Shown: positions 9,500 through 19,675 of the stretch, in pieces
Position numbering within the stretch: the stretch's first letter is position 1
Layout: each line of letters begins with the position of its first letter
NCBI GenBank assembly: GCA_032249135.1
Contig: JAVVGL010000005.1
Span: 32,001-96,000, forward strand
DNA: 64,000 nucleotides
Source: Candidatus Calescibacterium sp.
Lineage (GTDB): Bacteria > Calescibacteriota > Calescibacteriia > Calescibacteriales > Calescibacteriaceae
Direction of reading: 5' to 3'
The notes under the pieces: model-generated
Seen by the model: the letters and a program-made list of their open reading frames with translations, nothing else
Told to the model about the DNA's origin: nothing
The model's database searches: none
Position numbers and translations under genes: made by a program

Positions 9500-10793
9500 A
9501 GTTTGGAATTTCCTTTATTATTTCTTCTTTTTTAATTTCATCTTCAAAGATCTCAATTTTTGCGTTTGCATTTTTGAGTTTTTCTACAAAGTTTTCATAT
9601 CCTCTTTCTATAAGTTCAAAGTTTTTGAGGGTTGTTTGATTTTTTTCTGCTACCAATCCGGCTATAACCAGAGCTGCTGTGCTTCTCAAATCTTTTGCCT
9701 CAGTTTCTGCTCCATATATTTTTGATGGGTTTATGATAATCTCTCCATTTTCCAAAGATATATCTGCTCCCATTTTTTTTAGTTCCCAGATATGGGAAAC
9801 TCTTTCAGGGAAAATGTTGTCTTTTATTCTGCTTTTTCCTTCGGCTTTCAAGAGCATAACACATATTTGAGGTTGTAGGTCTGTTGGGAATGCAGGATAA
9901 GAGTCTGCTATAAGTAAGTCAACTGGTTTATATTTTTTTATTCCCTCAACTTCTATTTCATTCTCTGAAATTTTTATTTTTGCGCCGCATTCTTTTAAAA
10001 CATCTATAACAGACTTAATATGTTCAGCTATTACATTTTTTATTTTGAGTTTCCCTTCTGTTGCAGCTGCTAAAATTAACCATGTTCCAGCTTCAATTCT
10101 ATCTGGTATAAGTTCAAACTCTGCTTCTTTTATCTTCTCCCTTTTTGTTCCATCTATTAAAATTTTATCTTCTTTGGTTTCCAGCCTTATATCTACTCCG
10201 TACTTTTTCAGGTAGTTTATAAGTTCTTGGACTTCTGGTTCTATTGCTACATTTTCTATTTCAACTTTTGAGTTTATTGACATCAGGATTGCATTTTCTG
10301 TTCCTGTGACTGTTTTTATATCAAATTTTATTTTCCCCTCTTTTTTTGGTGTTCCATAAGCTTTAACATATTCTTCTTTCTCTTCCACTTTGTATCCAAG
10401 GCTGTTTGCAGCTTTTATATGTTGGTCTATTGGTCTTTTGCCTATTTTGCAACCACCGGGCATCGGGATTTTTGCATTTTCAAATCTTCCTAAAAGTGCT
10501 CCAAAAATGACAACTGACCCTCTTATTTTGCCGAAATTTTCAGGAGATACATCGTTTAGTTTTATTTTTTCTGCGTTTATTATTACTTCGGAACTTTGTA
10601 TTTTGTATTCGCAGCCGAGCTCTTTCAGGAGTTCCAACATAACAAAAACATCTTTTATTTTTGGAGTGTTTTTGATTACTATTTTTTCTGCTCCTAATGC
10701 AATTCCAGCCCCTACTGCCGGAAAAAATGCATTCTTTGAACCAGAAACTTTGATCTCTCCCGATACCTTACTTTTTTCTAACAGTGCTATCAT
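9480..10793 (-). CDS. murA: UDP-N-acetylglucosamine 1-carboxyvinyltransferase
   Basis: SGSKNA, MPGGCKIGKRPIDQH (catalytic Cys), PDRIEAGT, YPAFPTDLQ, DLRSTA, ERGYE. Confidence 0.95.
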   Translation of the reverse strand: MIALLEKSKVSGEIKVSGSKNAFFPAVGAGIALGAEKIVIKNTPKIKDVFVMLELLKELGCEYKIQSSEVIINAEKIKLNDVSPENFGKIRGSVVIFGALLGRFENAKIPMPGGCKIGKRPIDQHIKAANSLGYKVEEKEEYVKAYGTPKKEGKIKFDIKTVTGTENAILMSINSKVEIENVAIEPEVQELINYLKKYGVDIRLETKEDKILIDGTKREKIKEAEFELIPDRIEAGTWLILAAATEGKLKIKNVIAEHIKSVIDVLKECGAKIKISENEIEVEGIKKYKPVDLLIADSYPAFPTDLQPQICVMLLKAEGKSRIKDNIFPERVSHIWELKKMGADISLENGEIIINPSKIYGAETEAKDLRSTAALVIAGLVAEKNQTTLKNFELIERGYENFVEKLKNANAKIEIFEDEIKKEEIIKEIPNYVPYST

Positions 10794-10965
10794 TTGTTCT
10801 TTTCTTATTTTTCCCTCTTGCCTTTATTTTTTTTATTGTTAATTCATAATTTTAAAAAAATCAAATTATCTGGAATATGGGTTTGAATGAATAGGAAAAT
10901 TTTCTTTCTTGATTGATTTGTTCTACTTCTCTTTTGTTTGGAATGCTATGATTATTCATTCATTT

Positions 10966-11890
10966 TCATTTGAAATTTTTATTTTTTGAATTTGAGTTTT
11001 TGAGAAATTTGATAAAATCTTCCCAAGTTTCCGCTCTTATCACCTCTTTTTTTATCTTTTTCAAGTGGTTTACGTCGTTTATCTTTTCTAAAAGGTTTTT
11101 GATTAGTTTTGCTTTTTGACTGCCAAACTTTGCTTGGATAATGCCAAAAATTCCTTCTCTCAAACCTTTTATGAGCCCTTCTTTCAGACCTTCCTGTCTA
11201 CCTTCTTTTAATCCTTCTTCTTTTCCCCACTTATAAAGAAAAGTTTTCCTTATATCAACTTGTATTGGCATAGGCTTTACCTTTATTTCAATGTCAAATA
11301 AGCCAGCTAAAAAACTTATGCTATCTATATATTTTATGATTTTTTCTTCGTTTTTCAAGATTTCTGCAATTCTTTTTTGAACCTTTCTTATTATTTGGGG
11401 TTTATCTTTGAATTTCCCAGCCAAAATCCCCAAAATAACCTCTGCTGGTTTCCTACTCCTTATGAATACATCAGGGTCTATTTTCTTCATGTCTAAAACT
11501 TTGTATTTTAAGGTTAGATTTGGAGTTTTGTACTCTGATGGTGGGGGATTTCCTTTACCAACGAATAAAACTATTTGTGTAGGTTCTTTTTTGTATTTTT
11601 CTACTATTGCGTAGTAATAGCGAAACATCCTTTTTGGTAAGTTTTTATCTTGTTGAGCTTGTATTTCAACCTGGATTATTTCATCATCGGCTTTAACTAA
11701 AATATCAGGGCGAAAAGTTTTTTACTAACCTTATTTCCGCAGATATAACTTTGACTTTTTTACCTATTTTTTTACCAATAGCTAAGTAGTAAATCATTCC
11801 TATTGCTTCGGAGAAAATTTCTTTTAAAATCGCATCAAATCTTTTGAGCTCTTTTTTGCGTTTTTGGTATTGCTTTTTATGCTTTTTCAT
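10966..11890 (-). pseudogene. Rpn/YhgA-like PD-(D/E)XK family gene, frameshifted paralog of 41152-42102
   Basis: ORFs 11705-11890 and 10966-11628 join into one frame if one base is removed from the T6 run at 11718-11723 (T5 in the intact paralog). Confidence 0.85.
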
Positions 11891-12076
11891 TTTTTTCTTC
11901 TATTCTAATTTTGCTTTGAAATTTTATTTCAGAAAATGATTTTACTTATTTATTTTGGTTTTCGGACGCTTTTGTTTTCCTTTATAGTGATAATTCAAAA
12001 AAAAGAAAAGGAGAAGAAATATTAGAAAAAATATGCTCTTGATTATTTATCGTTCAATTCTTAAATTTTTTCTTGT

Positions 12077-13582
12077 ATGGGGAATAGTGTTTTGGTCGTT
12101 GAAGATGATGTCCAAGTTGCTAAATCTTTGTCTGATCTTTTGAGTAGAGATTTCAAAGTTTCTGTTGCTTATTCTGCTGAAAGTGCTCTTGAGATTCTAT
12201 CTGAAAATGATTTTGACCTTGTGTTGTGTGATTTAAAACTTCCTGGTATGTCTGGGCTTGATTTGCTGCGAAAAGTAAAATCTTTGGGAATAAATACTCC
12301 TTTTGTTGTCCTTACTGCTTTTGGTGATATACCTACTGCTGTTGAAGCTATGAAACTCGGAGCAGTTGATTTTATAAGAAAGGGAGAAACTTCACCTGAT
12401 GAACTTATCACAAGAATAAGAGATATTATTGAAGATAAATATGAGTTTGAGTTTATTGCAGGAAGTGAAGTTATGAAAAATCTTGCTGCTCTGGCAAGAA
12501 AAATAGCTAAAACAGACTCAACCGTTCTTATAATAGGAGAGTCAGGGGTTGGAAAGGAGGTTCTCGCAAGATACATACATAAATATAGTCCAAGAGCTCA
12601 TAAACCATTTTTAGCTGTGAATATGTCAGCAATTCCTGATACCTTGCTTGAAGCCGAGCTTTTCGGATATGAAAAAGGAGCTTTTACAGGTGCTGAAAAA
12701 AGAAAATTAGGTAAATTTGAACTTGCATCTGGTGGAACAATTTTACTTGATGAGATAGGAGATATGCCTTTACATCTGCAACCAAAAATACTCCGGGTAA
12801 TTCAGGAGAAAAAAATAGAAAGGCTCGGTCAAGGTTCTGTCAATTCTGTTAGCGTAGATGTCAGAATTATATCAACCACAAATAAAGACCTTGAAAATCT
12901 CGTAAAAGAAGGAAAATTCAGAGAAGATTTGTATTACAGATTATCTGTTATTCCTATAAAAATTCCGCCTTTGAGAGAAAGAAAGGAGGATATTCCTTAT
13001 CTTACGGATTATTTTTTCAGAAAGCTTGGGAGAAAATATGGAGTTGAAATAGTTTGGGATAAAGATTTTCTCTCAAAACTTTTTGAATATGATTGGCCAG
13101 GAAATGTCAGAGAACTTTACAATGTTCTTGAAAGAGCTTTTATACTCTCTTGGTCAGGACAAAAAAATGTCAAGGTCTTGCCAGAGAATATAATTTTCTC
13201 AACTTCTGATCTCATTTCTGCTTTGGGTAAAAACAGCGACTTTAAATCAAAAGAAATTTTAGGCTCAAATGAAATTGATTTAGGTAAAAAAGATTATCAA
13301 AGAAACGAAGCATTTGAAGCATTTGGGACAAAAAAAGAGGGTAGTGAATTTAGTTCAGGAGATAAAAAAGAGGGAGTTGGAATCCAAAAATTGGGATTCG
13401 GTGTAAATTTTGATGACCTCAACATAAAAAATATGGAGAAGATTTTCATTTTAGAGGCTCTTGCAAGGACTGGAGGAAACAAAACAAAGGCAGCTCAACT
13501 TTTGGGAATAACGGTGAGAACTTTGAGAAACAAACTCAAAGAATTAAATATCCAAAAAGGAAGCGAATCAGATTTGGACTGA
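12077..13582 (+). CDS. Sigma-54-dependent response regulator (NtrC/AtoC/FlgR family)
   Basis: Receiver (VVEDD, DLKLPGMSG), GESGVGKE, ELFGYEKGAFTGA, WPGNVREL, Fis-type HTH GGNKTKAAQLLGI. Confidence 0.92.
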   Translation: MGNSVLVVEDDVQVAKSLSDLLSRDFKVSVAYSAESALEILSENDFDLVLCDLKLPGMSGLDLLRKVKSLGINTPFVVLTAFGDIPTAVEAMKLGAVDFIRKGETSPDELITRIRDIIEDKYEFEFIAGSEVMKNLAALARKIAKTDSTVLIIGESGVGKEVLARYIHKYSPRAHKPFLAVNMSAIPDTLLEAELFGYEKGAFTGAEKRKLGKFELASGGTILLDEIGDMPLHLQPKILRVIQEKKIERLGQGSVNSVSVDVRIISTTNKDLENLVKEGKFREDLYYRLSVIPIKIPPLRERKEDIPYLTDYFFRKLGRKYGVEIVWDKDFLSKLFEYDWPGNVRELYNVLERAFILSWSGQKNVKVLPENIIFSTSDLISALGKNSDFKSKEILGSNEIDLGKKDYQRNEAFEAFGTKKEGSEFSSGDKKEGVGIQKLGFGVNFDDLNIKNMEKIFILEALARTGGNKTKAAQLLGITVRTLRNKLKELNIQKGSESDLD

Positions 13583-13613
13583 ATTTCGGATTATTCTATT
13601 TTTGAGAGATTAG

Positions 13614-13649
13614 AAAATATTTATGTTTTTCACTAAATTTTTAACAATA
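13614..13649 (+). promoter_or_regulatory. 36-bp intergenic element, copy B
   Basis: AAAATATTTATGTTTTTCACTAAATTTTTAACAATA; ends 31 nt before the rapZ ATG. Confidence 0.45.
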
Positions 13650-13680
13650 TGTCCTTGTAAAAAATGGAGAGAAAAAAGAA

Positions 13681-14550
13681 ATGAGAATAGTTTTTATAAC
13701 TGGAATATCGGGTTCAGGAAAAACGACCGCACTCAAAACACTAGAAGATATAGGTTTTTACACAGTAGATAACATTCCAATAGATATGATATTTGATTTT
13801 GTCTCGCTTACGAAGAAAGCAAATATAAAAGATGTGGCTCTATCGCTTTTTTTCAAAGATGAAAAAACAGCACAAAAATTTTCCGAAATTATAAATCAGT
13901 TGAAAGAAGAAGTAAAAGATGGAAGGGTTATCCTTATGTTCCTTGAAGCATCAGATGATGCCATAATAAGAAGGTATAAGGAAACAAGAAGAAAACACCC
14001 ATTCGGAGATGAGATAAAGTCAATAGATATGGCAATCAAAAAAGAAAGGGAAATTCTGAAATTAATCTTTGATATATCAGATATAAAATTGGATACAACA
14101 CAAATGAATATTCATCAGCTCAGAGAAAAAATAAGGGAACTCTTTGGAGATGAAAAAGGTATGGAGCTCACATTTCAAATATATTCCTTTGGTTTCAGAT
14201 ATGGAATTCCCCAGGAATCAGACCTTGTATTTGATGTCAGATTTATCAGAAACCCAAACTTTGACCCTCAACTCAAAAAATTTGACGGAACCCATCCGGA
14301 AGTTCAAAAATATATTTTTGAAGATGAAAATGCAAGGAAATACCTTGAAATGATAAAAGAAATGATCAGATTTTTGACAGAAAGGTTCAAAAAAGAGGGA
14401 AAATTTATAGCAACAATATCCATAGGCTGCACTGGAGGTAGGCATAGATCAGTAGCATTTGCGGAAAAAATCAAAGAATTCATAGAAAATGAAATAAAAG
14501 CAAAAGTCATTCTAATACATAGAGACAAAGAAAAAGAATCTGTAATATGA
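13681..14550 (+). CDS. rapZ: RNase adapter RapZ/YvcJ
   Basis: ITGISGSGKT, LEDIGFYTVDN, RRYKETRRKHP, SFGFRYG, DVRF, IGCTGGRHRSV. Confidence 0.95.
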   Translation: MRIVFITGISGSGKTTALKTLEDIGFYTVDNIPIDMIFDFVSLTKKANIKDVALSLFFKDEKTAQKFSEIINQLKEEVKDGRVILMFLEASDDAIIRRYKETRRKHPFGDEIKSIDMAIKKEREILKLIFDISDIKLDTTQMNIHQLREKIRELFGDEKGMELTFQIYSFGFRYGIPQESDLVFDVRFIRNPNFDPQLKKFDGTHPEVQKYIFEDENARKYLEMIKEMIRFLTERFKKEGKFIATISIGCTGGRHRSVAFAEKIKEFIENEIKAKVILIHRDKEKESVI

Positions 14551-14625
14551 GAGAAGCTTGAAAATTCAAAAGAAGAAATTAAACTGAAACTAAATTTGAT
14601 GGTCTATTTTTTGAAATTTTCAAGC

Positions 14626-15492
14626 TCAGTGAAGGGTATAATAAACTGTTATTTCGTTTAATATTTCTGGCATAGCGGAGGCGAATGTAGATTTTATATA
14701 AATATCTGAGTTAAAATACTGATCTGTTGGATTTATTTCTATGAGTATTCCCCCATTATTTTTCACAATTTGAGGAATATATGCTGCAGGGTAAACTACC
14801 CCCGATGTTCCTGCAATTATGCAACAGTCAGCTCTTCTTGCATAATCTAATGCGATATCCATATCTTGAACTGGTTCTGTGAAAAATACAATATCTGGTC
14901 TCATTATCCCCCCACAATCACAAAGTGGGATAGATTCTCCGAAAATCTTAATCACTTCTTCCAAACTTATTCTACCTTTTAGTATGAAATGAGAAAAATC
15001 CAACTTTCTTACCTTCTTGGCGAATTCTATTGCTTTTTCAACTGCACTTTTTTTGTCTATTTTTTTCTTTTCTCCGCAAAGTATGCATCTCAGGCGCGTT
15101 GCGCTCCCATGAACTTCTATAACATTTTTGCTTCCAGCTTCTTGATGAAGATTATCTATATTTTGAGTTATAACTGCTTTCAGAATATCCATATTTTCAA
15201 GTTTTGCAAGAGCAATATGTCCGGCATTTGGTTTTGCCTTTCCGAGAACCTCAACGGTAGATATGACAAATTCAGAAAATCTTTCTGGATCAGAAAAAAG
15301 AACATTTATCAAGCCTTGTGGAGTTCCAAAGATTTCAGGTGGAAATTTCTCCCAGAGACCTCCTTTATCTCTGAAAGTTGGAATTCCAGATTCAGCTGAA
15401 ACTCCTGCTCCGGTGAAAGCTATGACAAAATTTGATTTCAATATTCTCTCAGCAGCATATTTTATAAGCTCTTTTTTGCTCTGTTCATTCAT
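14626..15492 (-). CDS. cobB: NAD-dependent protein deacylase (sirtuin, CobB/NpdA)
   Basis: TGAGVSAESGIPTFR, TQNIDNLHQEAG, HGS, Zn-binding Cys pairs, GTSGVVYPAA. Start placed at MNEQSKK. Confidence 0.88.
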   Translation of the reverse strand: MNEQSKKELIKYAAERILKSNFVIAFTGAGVSAESGIPTFRDKGGLWEKFPPEIFGTPQGLINVLFSDPERFSEFVISTVEVLGKAKPNAGHIALAKLENMDILKAVITQNIDNLHQEAGSKNVIEVHGSATRLRCILCGEKKKIDKKSAVEKAIEFAKKVRKLDFSHFILKGRISLEEVIKIFGESIPLCDCGGIMRPDIVFFTEPVQDMDIALDYARRADCCIIAGTSGVVYPAAYIPQIVKNNGGILIEINPTDQYFNSDIYIKSTFASAMPEILNEITVYYTLH

Positions 15493-15586
15493 ATAAAGAA
15501 AAAGTAATCGAGAAAAAAATTTAAAACAAAAAATAAATAAGTTAGTAAAAGAAAAAAAGAAAGAGAGAAATGGGGCTCGGAGAATT

Positions 15587-16627
15587 TCAATGTATTGACA
15601 AAGTTTTGAGTATTCCTTTTTCCTGGGCGGATTTATAGATCGCATATCCAACAAAAACATCAAGGATAGATATACCGGTTGAGTCAAAAACAACTCTCTT
15701 TTCGGGGGGAATCTTTTTCATTCCAGCTATTATTTCTCCAATCTCTCCGAATATTATTGATTTATCTATTTGTCCTTTTTTTAATGGGACATTTATTTCT
15801 CCTCCATGTATTGCTTGTTCTCTGTTGTCTACAATAACTATGGAACTTTTCAGTATTTCCGGGGAGAGCTCCTGTTTTCCTGGTCCATCGGCTCCCATAG
15901 CATTAATTAACTTTACATTCTCAACATGTTCTAACATAAGAAAGGGTTGGGTTGACGGTGTAATGGTTACGACGACATCGCAATCTTTGAAATCAAAAAG
16001 AGAATTTGCTTTTCTGGGTCTGAAACCAAGGTTCTGGGAAAACTTCTCAAATTTTTCCATAGCATCAGGTGATATATCATAAATGATAACATCCTTTATT
16101 TTTTTGACGCAAGATATCAGGGCAAGTTGAGTTCGTGCTTGAACTCCGCACCCAATTATTCCTAACTTTATGCTTTCTTGCTTCTGATCTATTATGTGTT
16201 TAACAGCAACTGCTCCTGAAGCTCCTGTTCTCATAGCTGTAAGGTAGGTTGCATCCATAACGCACAGTAAAGCCCCTGTATTTGAATCAATAAGGACAAA
16301 AAAACCAATAACTACCGGGAGCCCTCTGTTTTTGTTTTGAAAGTGTACGCTAACTATTTTGATACCACTTACCTTTTTACCATCTATTTCAACAACTGAT
16401 GGCATCACCCTCATATCTCCATCTTGATAGAAAAAGTAGAGCTTGCTTGGCATCTGAATAGCATCTTTAAATTCAGCTGTATATCTATATGCTTTTTCAA
16501 CATATTCTATCGCAAGAGACGGAGTAAGTATGTCCTGAATTTCGTTGAAACTTAAAAAGAAAGTATCAAGATTTAAAGATTTGAACTCGTTTTTTAAAAT
16601 CTCAACTATCTTTGCTTCTTCGCTCAT
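15587..16627 (-). CDS. Ornithine cyclodeaminase/mu-crystallin family; archaeal-type alanine dehydrogenase-like
   Basis: MPSKLY, GDMRVMP, TAMRTGASGA, GIIGCGVQA, INAMGADGPGKQEL, FDSTG. Start placed at MSEEAK. Confidence 0.85.
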   Translation of the reverse strand: MSEEAKIVEILKNEFKSLNLDTFFLSFNEIQDILTPSLAIEYVEKAYRYTAEFKDAIQMPSKLYFFYQDGDMRVMPSVVEIDGKKVSGIKIVSVHFQNKNRGLPVVIGFFVLIDSNTGALLCVMDATYLTAMRTGASGAVAVKHIIDQKQESIKLGIIGCGVQARTQLALISCVKKIKDVIIYDISPDAMEKFEKFSQNLGFRPRKANSLFDFKDCDVVVTITPSTQPFLMLEHVENVKLINAMGADGPGKQELSPEILKSSIVIVDNREQAIHGGEINVPLKKGQIDKSIIFGEIGEIIAGMKKIPPEKRVVFDSTGISILDVFVGYAIYKSAQEKGILKTLSIH

Positions 16628-16767
16628 ATTCAAAACACGCAAGCAGTGATATACAGACAAAAAATATATTTCGTGAAAAAAACAATGATTTTCCCTAAAA
16701 GCAAATTTTTTATCTTGAAAACTTTCATATTTTGTTCTGAAAAATTTCATAAATTGAATTATTAAGA

Positions 16768-17205
16768 ATGGAGAAAATAAAAGAGATTTTAAGTAATACA
16801 ATTTTTAGCAAGAATTTTTTACTTCAAGCAATAAGATACGGAATAGTAGGTTTAGCTGGAATAACGACAAATCTTTTGACCTTTTCTCTTTTGGTCTATG
16901 TGATAAAAGTGTGGTATATAATAGCTGGTCCAATAGCTGGTTTAGTAGCACTTACGCAAAATTTCATATTACACAGGAAATTTACATTCAGGGGATATTC
17001 AAGTTTCAAAATTATATCTTTTTCTGGATTGAAAAGGTATATAAAATTTTTTCTGTTATCTTTGATAAATACTCCTGCGTTTTCATCTTTACTATATTTT
17101 CAAGTTGAAATATTGCATTTTCCAAAGGTAGTGGCACAATTTTTTGCAAGCGTTATATTAGGTCTTTTTTCTTTTCTGATATCAAGAAAATTTATTTTTT
17201 CATAA
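16768..17205 (+). CDS. GtrA family membrane protein
   Basis: IRYGIVG, NFILHRKFTF, four TM helices, RKFIF C-terminus. Confidence 0.85.
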   Translation: MEKIKEILSNTIFSKNFLLQAIRYGIVGLAGITTNLLTFSLLVYVIKVWYIIAGPIAGLVALTQNFILHRKFTFRGYSSFKIISFSGLKRYIKFFLLSLINTPAFSSLLYFQVEILHFPKVVAQFFASVILGLFSFLISRKFIFS

Positions 17206-17224
17206 AAGCTATTTTTTATAAAAG

Positions 17225-17578
17225 CTACCCTGGAGGCCATCTCATCTGCCTTCCCCCTAATAAATGGAAATGCAAATGATAAACCGTTTGACCACCTTCA
17301 GGGTTAGTATTCACTACAATTCTGAAACCTCTTTCTGATATTTTCATCTGGTCCGCTATAATTTTACATGCCTTTATGATTTCATGTAGTATCTCTTTAT
17401 CTTCTTCTGAATCTGATATATCTGTGATTTTCTCAATATGCTTTTTGGGGATAACAAGTATATGGATGGGAGCTTGCGGGTTTATATCGTGGAATGCTAC
17501 AATTTTTTCATTTTCATATACTTTTTTTGAGTCTATTTCTCCCCTCACTATTTTGCAGAAGATACAATCACCCTTCAT
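17225..17578 (-). CDS. hinT: Histidine triad (HIT) nucleotide-binding protein
   Basis: CIFCKIV, AFHDINPQAPIHILVIPK, GGQTVYHLHFHLLGGRQMRWPPG. Confidence 0.93.
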   Translation of the reverse strand: MKGDCIFCKIVRGEIDSKKVYENEKIVAFHDINPQAPIHILVIPKKHIEKITDISDSEEDKEILHEIIKACKIIADQMKISERGFRIVVNTNPEGGQTVYHLHFHLLGGRQMRWPPG

Positions 17579-17737
17579 AACTTTTTGTGCTTTTAGTAAA
17601 GGAGTAATTAAATTCCAAAAGAAATTTTTTTGTCCAAAAATTTTTAATAAAAAATTCCTTAATTTCGGGTTATAAATTAAACTTCCTGCTATCCTTCTTT
17701 TGCCAATCATTTATTTAAATTAATATTATTCAATTTT

Positions 17738-18748
17738 TTATTCAATTTTTATCTTTTCATCCATAGCATTTCTTCTGAGTATATCTGATATTTCTTTTGC
17801 TGCGGTGTAAGGATCTTTTTGCCCGTCTAATATCTTTTGAAGCTCGTCTTTGAAAATCTTTGTTTCTTTCAAAGTCCGAATTATGCTTTTAGATAGATTA
17901 CTTACGAAATCTCTCTCTAACCTGCTTTTTCTCTTTTGCAATATCAAATTGTTCTCTTTCAAGAATTTTTTGTGCTCATCTATTTTTTCTATCAACTCAT
18001 CTATCCCTTGACCTTCTTTTGCTATCGCTTTCAACACAGGTGGCTTCCATTTTATATTTTCTCCTATCCCTGCCAGAACCATATAGGCAGTATCTATTGC
18101 AACTTTTATTTCATTGAAAAGCTTATCTGCGGATGGTCTATCTGACTTATTGAGGACGATTATATCTGCGATTTCAAGGATACCACTTTTCATAAATTGT
18201 ATTTCGTCTCCGCTTTCTGGTGAGACTACCAGAACTACCGTGTCGGCGACTTTGTGTATTTCTGTTTCCGTTTGCCCTGTTCCTGCAGTTTCTATTAATA
18301 TGTTTTTCATACCAAATAGGACATAAAGATTTATTATATCTCCTGTGTTTGCCGATATTCCGCCAAATTCTCCCCTCGTTCCGACGCTCCTTATGAATAC
18401 TCCATCTTGTTCTGTCTTCTCTGATCGTATCCTTATTCTATCTCCTAAAATTGCTCCTCCTTCAACTCTTACCGATGATGGATCACACAATAGAACCCCT
18501 CCTTTTATCTTTTTTATAAGCTGTGATATTATTGTGCTTTTTCCCGTTCCTGCCGCTCCCGTGATTCCTATTATATGAACATCTTCTGATAGCAAGTTTC
18601 TTCCTGTTCTTTTTGATATTTCAGATATTAGGAGATAACTTTTTTCTGGGTTCCTTTCAACAAAACTTATTGCTCGTGATAGCGCAATCTTTTCTCCTCT
18701 TACAAAACCTTCTACTATATCCTCAAACATAAAACAAATTCTATTCAT
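17738..18748 (-). CDS. meaB: MeaB/ArgK family GTPase (methylmalonyl-CoA mutase chaperone-like)
   Basis: GITGAAGTGKST, DPSS..GGAILGDRIR, ETAGTGQTE, GDEIQFMKSGILEIAD, NKSD. Confidence 0.85.
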   Translation of the reverse strand: MNRICFMFEDIVEGFVRGEKIALSRAISFVERNPEKSYLLISEISKRTGRNLLSEDVHIIGITGAAGTGKSTIISQLIKKIKGGVLLCDPSSVRVEGGAILGDRIRIRSEKTEQDGVFIRSVGTRGEFGGISANTGDIINLYVLFGMKNILIETAGTGQTETEIHKVADTVVLVVSPESGDEIQFMKSGILEIADIIVLNKSDRPSADKLFNEIKVAIDTAYMVLAGIGENIKWKPPVLKAIAKEGQGIDELIEKIDEHKKFLKENNLILQKRKSRLERDFVSNLSKSIIRTLKETKIFKDELQKILDGQKDPYTAAKEISDILRRNAMDEKIKIE

Positions 18749-18852
18749 TTATTCTAATGTGTAAGTTATTCCAAGAAAAATCAAAACAAATCTTTCCTCA
18801 AAAATCCTTGCAAGTATAATCTGATTTTTTTTCGTAAATAAAATTTTGTTCT

Positions 18853-19659
18853 ATGTCAGAGGAAAAAAATGCAGTCTTATTCCAAAAAATAGATGACGGG
18901 AAAATAGTAAAAGTGGTTTTCAACAAACCAGAAAGAAGAAATCTTATGGATCCAGAAATTATGGCAGGTTTGTCTGATGCGATTGAAAGAATCAAAGCAT
19001 CTGATGAGGTAAGATGTGTAATAATTACAGGAAGTGGAAATTCGTTCTGTGCTGGTGCTGATTTTTCAACCTTGCAAATGTTTGCCACAGAAAAAGGTCT
19101 ATCAGGAGCAGCAGGAATGAGAGAAGGTATAATAAAATTTTATAACTCATTTATGAAAATTCTTGAAGTGGAACAACCCGTTATAGCCTCGCTTAATGGA
19201 TACACAATAGGAGGGGGGCTCGCTTTCGCACTCCTTTGTGATATAAGAATTGCATCATCGGACGCAAAAATAGCCGCAAACTTTGCAAAAGTTGGAATAC
19301 ATCCTGGAATGGGAATAACCTATACTTTACCTTTAATAGTTGGACTTGAAAAAGCTTGCGAACTTCTTTTTACAGCAAAATTCATAACAGGAGAAGAGGC
19401 AGAAAAAATAGGACTTGTTGCAAAGGCGGTTCCTCCCGAAAAGCTTGAAGAAGAAACTCTGAATATGGCTCGCCAAATTTCCGAAAACGCTCCGTATGTT
19501 ATAAAACTTACAAAGAGAATACTAAAAAGAGAATTCCATGTGAAGGCTCAAGCTGAGATAGAAGCTCTGGCTCAATCAATATGCTCACAGATGGAAGATG
19601 CAAAAGAAGGAGTGAGAGCTTTCTTTGAAAAAAGAAAACCTGAATTCAAAGGTAGATAA
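18853..19659 (+). CDS. Enoyl-CoA hydratase/isomerase family protein
   Basis: FCAGADF, PVIASLNGYTIGGG, CDIRIAS, EDAKEGVRAFFEKRKPEFKGR. Confidence 0.92.
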   Translation: MSEEKNAVLFQKIDDGKIVKVVFNKPERRNLMDPEIMAGLSDAIERIKASDEVRCVIITGSGNSFCAGADFSTLQMFATEKGLSGAAGMREGIIKFYNSFMKILEVEQPVIASLNGYTIGGGLAFALLCDIRIASSDAKIAANFAKVGIHPGMGITYTLPLIVGLEKACELLFTAKFITGEEAEKIGLVAKAVPPEKLEEETLNMARQISENAPYVIKLTKRILKREFHVKAQAEIEALAQSICSQMEDAKEGVRAFFEKRKPEFKGR

Positions 19660-19675
19660 AAAAAAGAAATAAGTT

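Noticed and set aside
14626..15492. Sirtuin as an antiphage SIR2 effector
   Set aside because: Canonical Zn-binding CobB-type deacylase with no defence partner genes adjacent.
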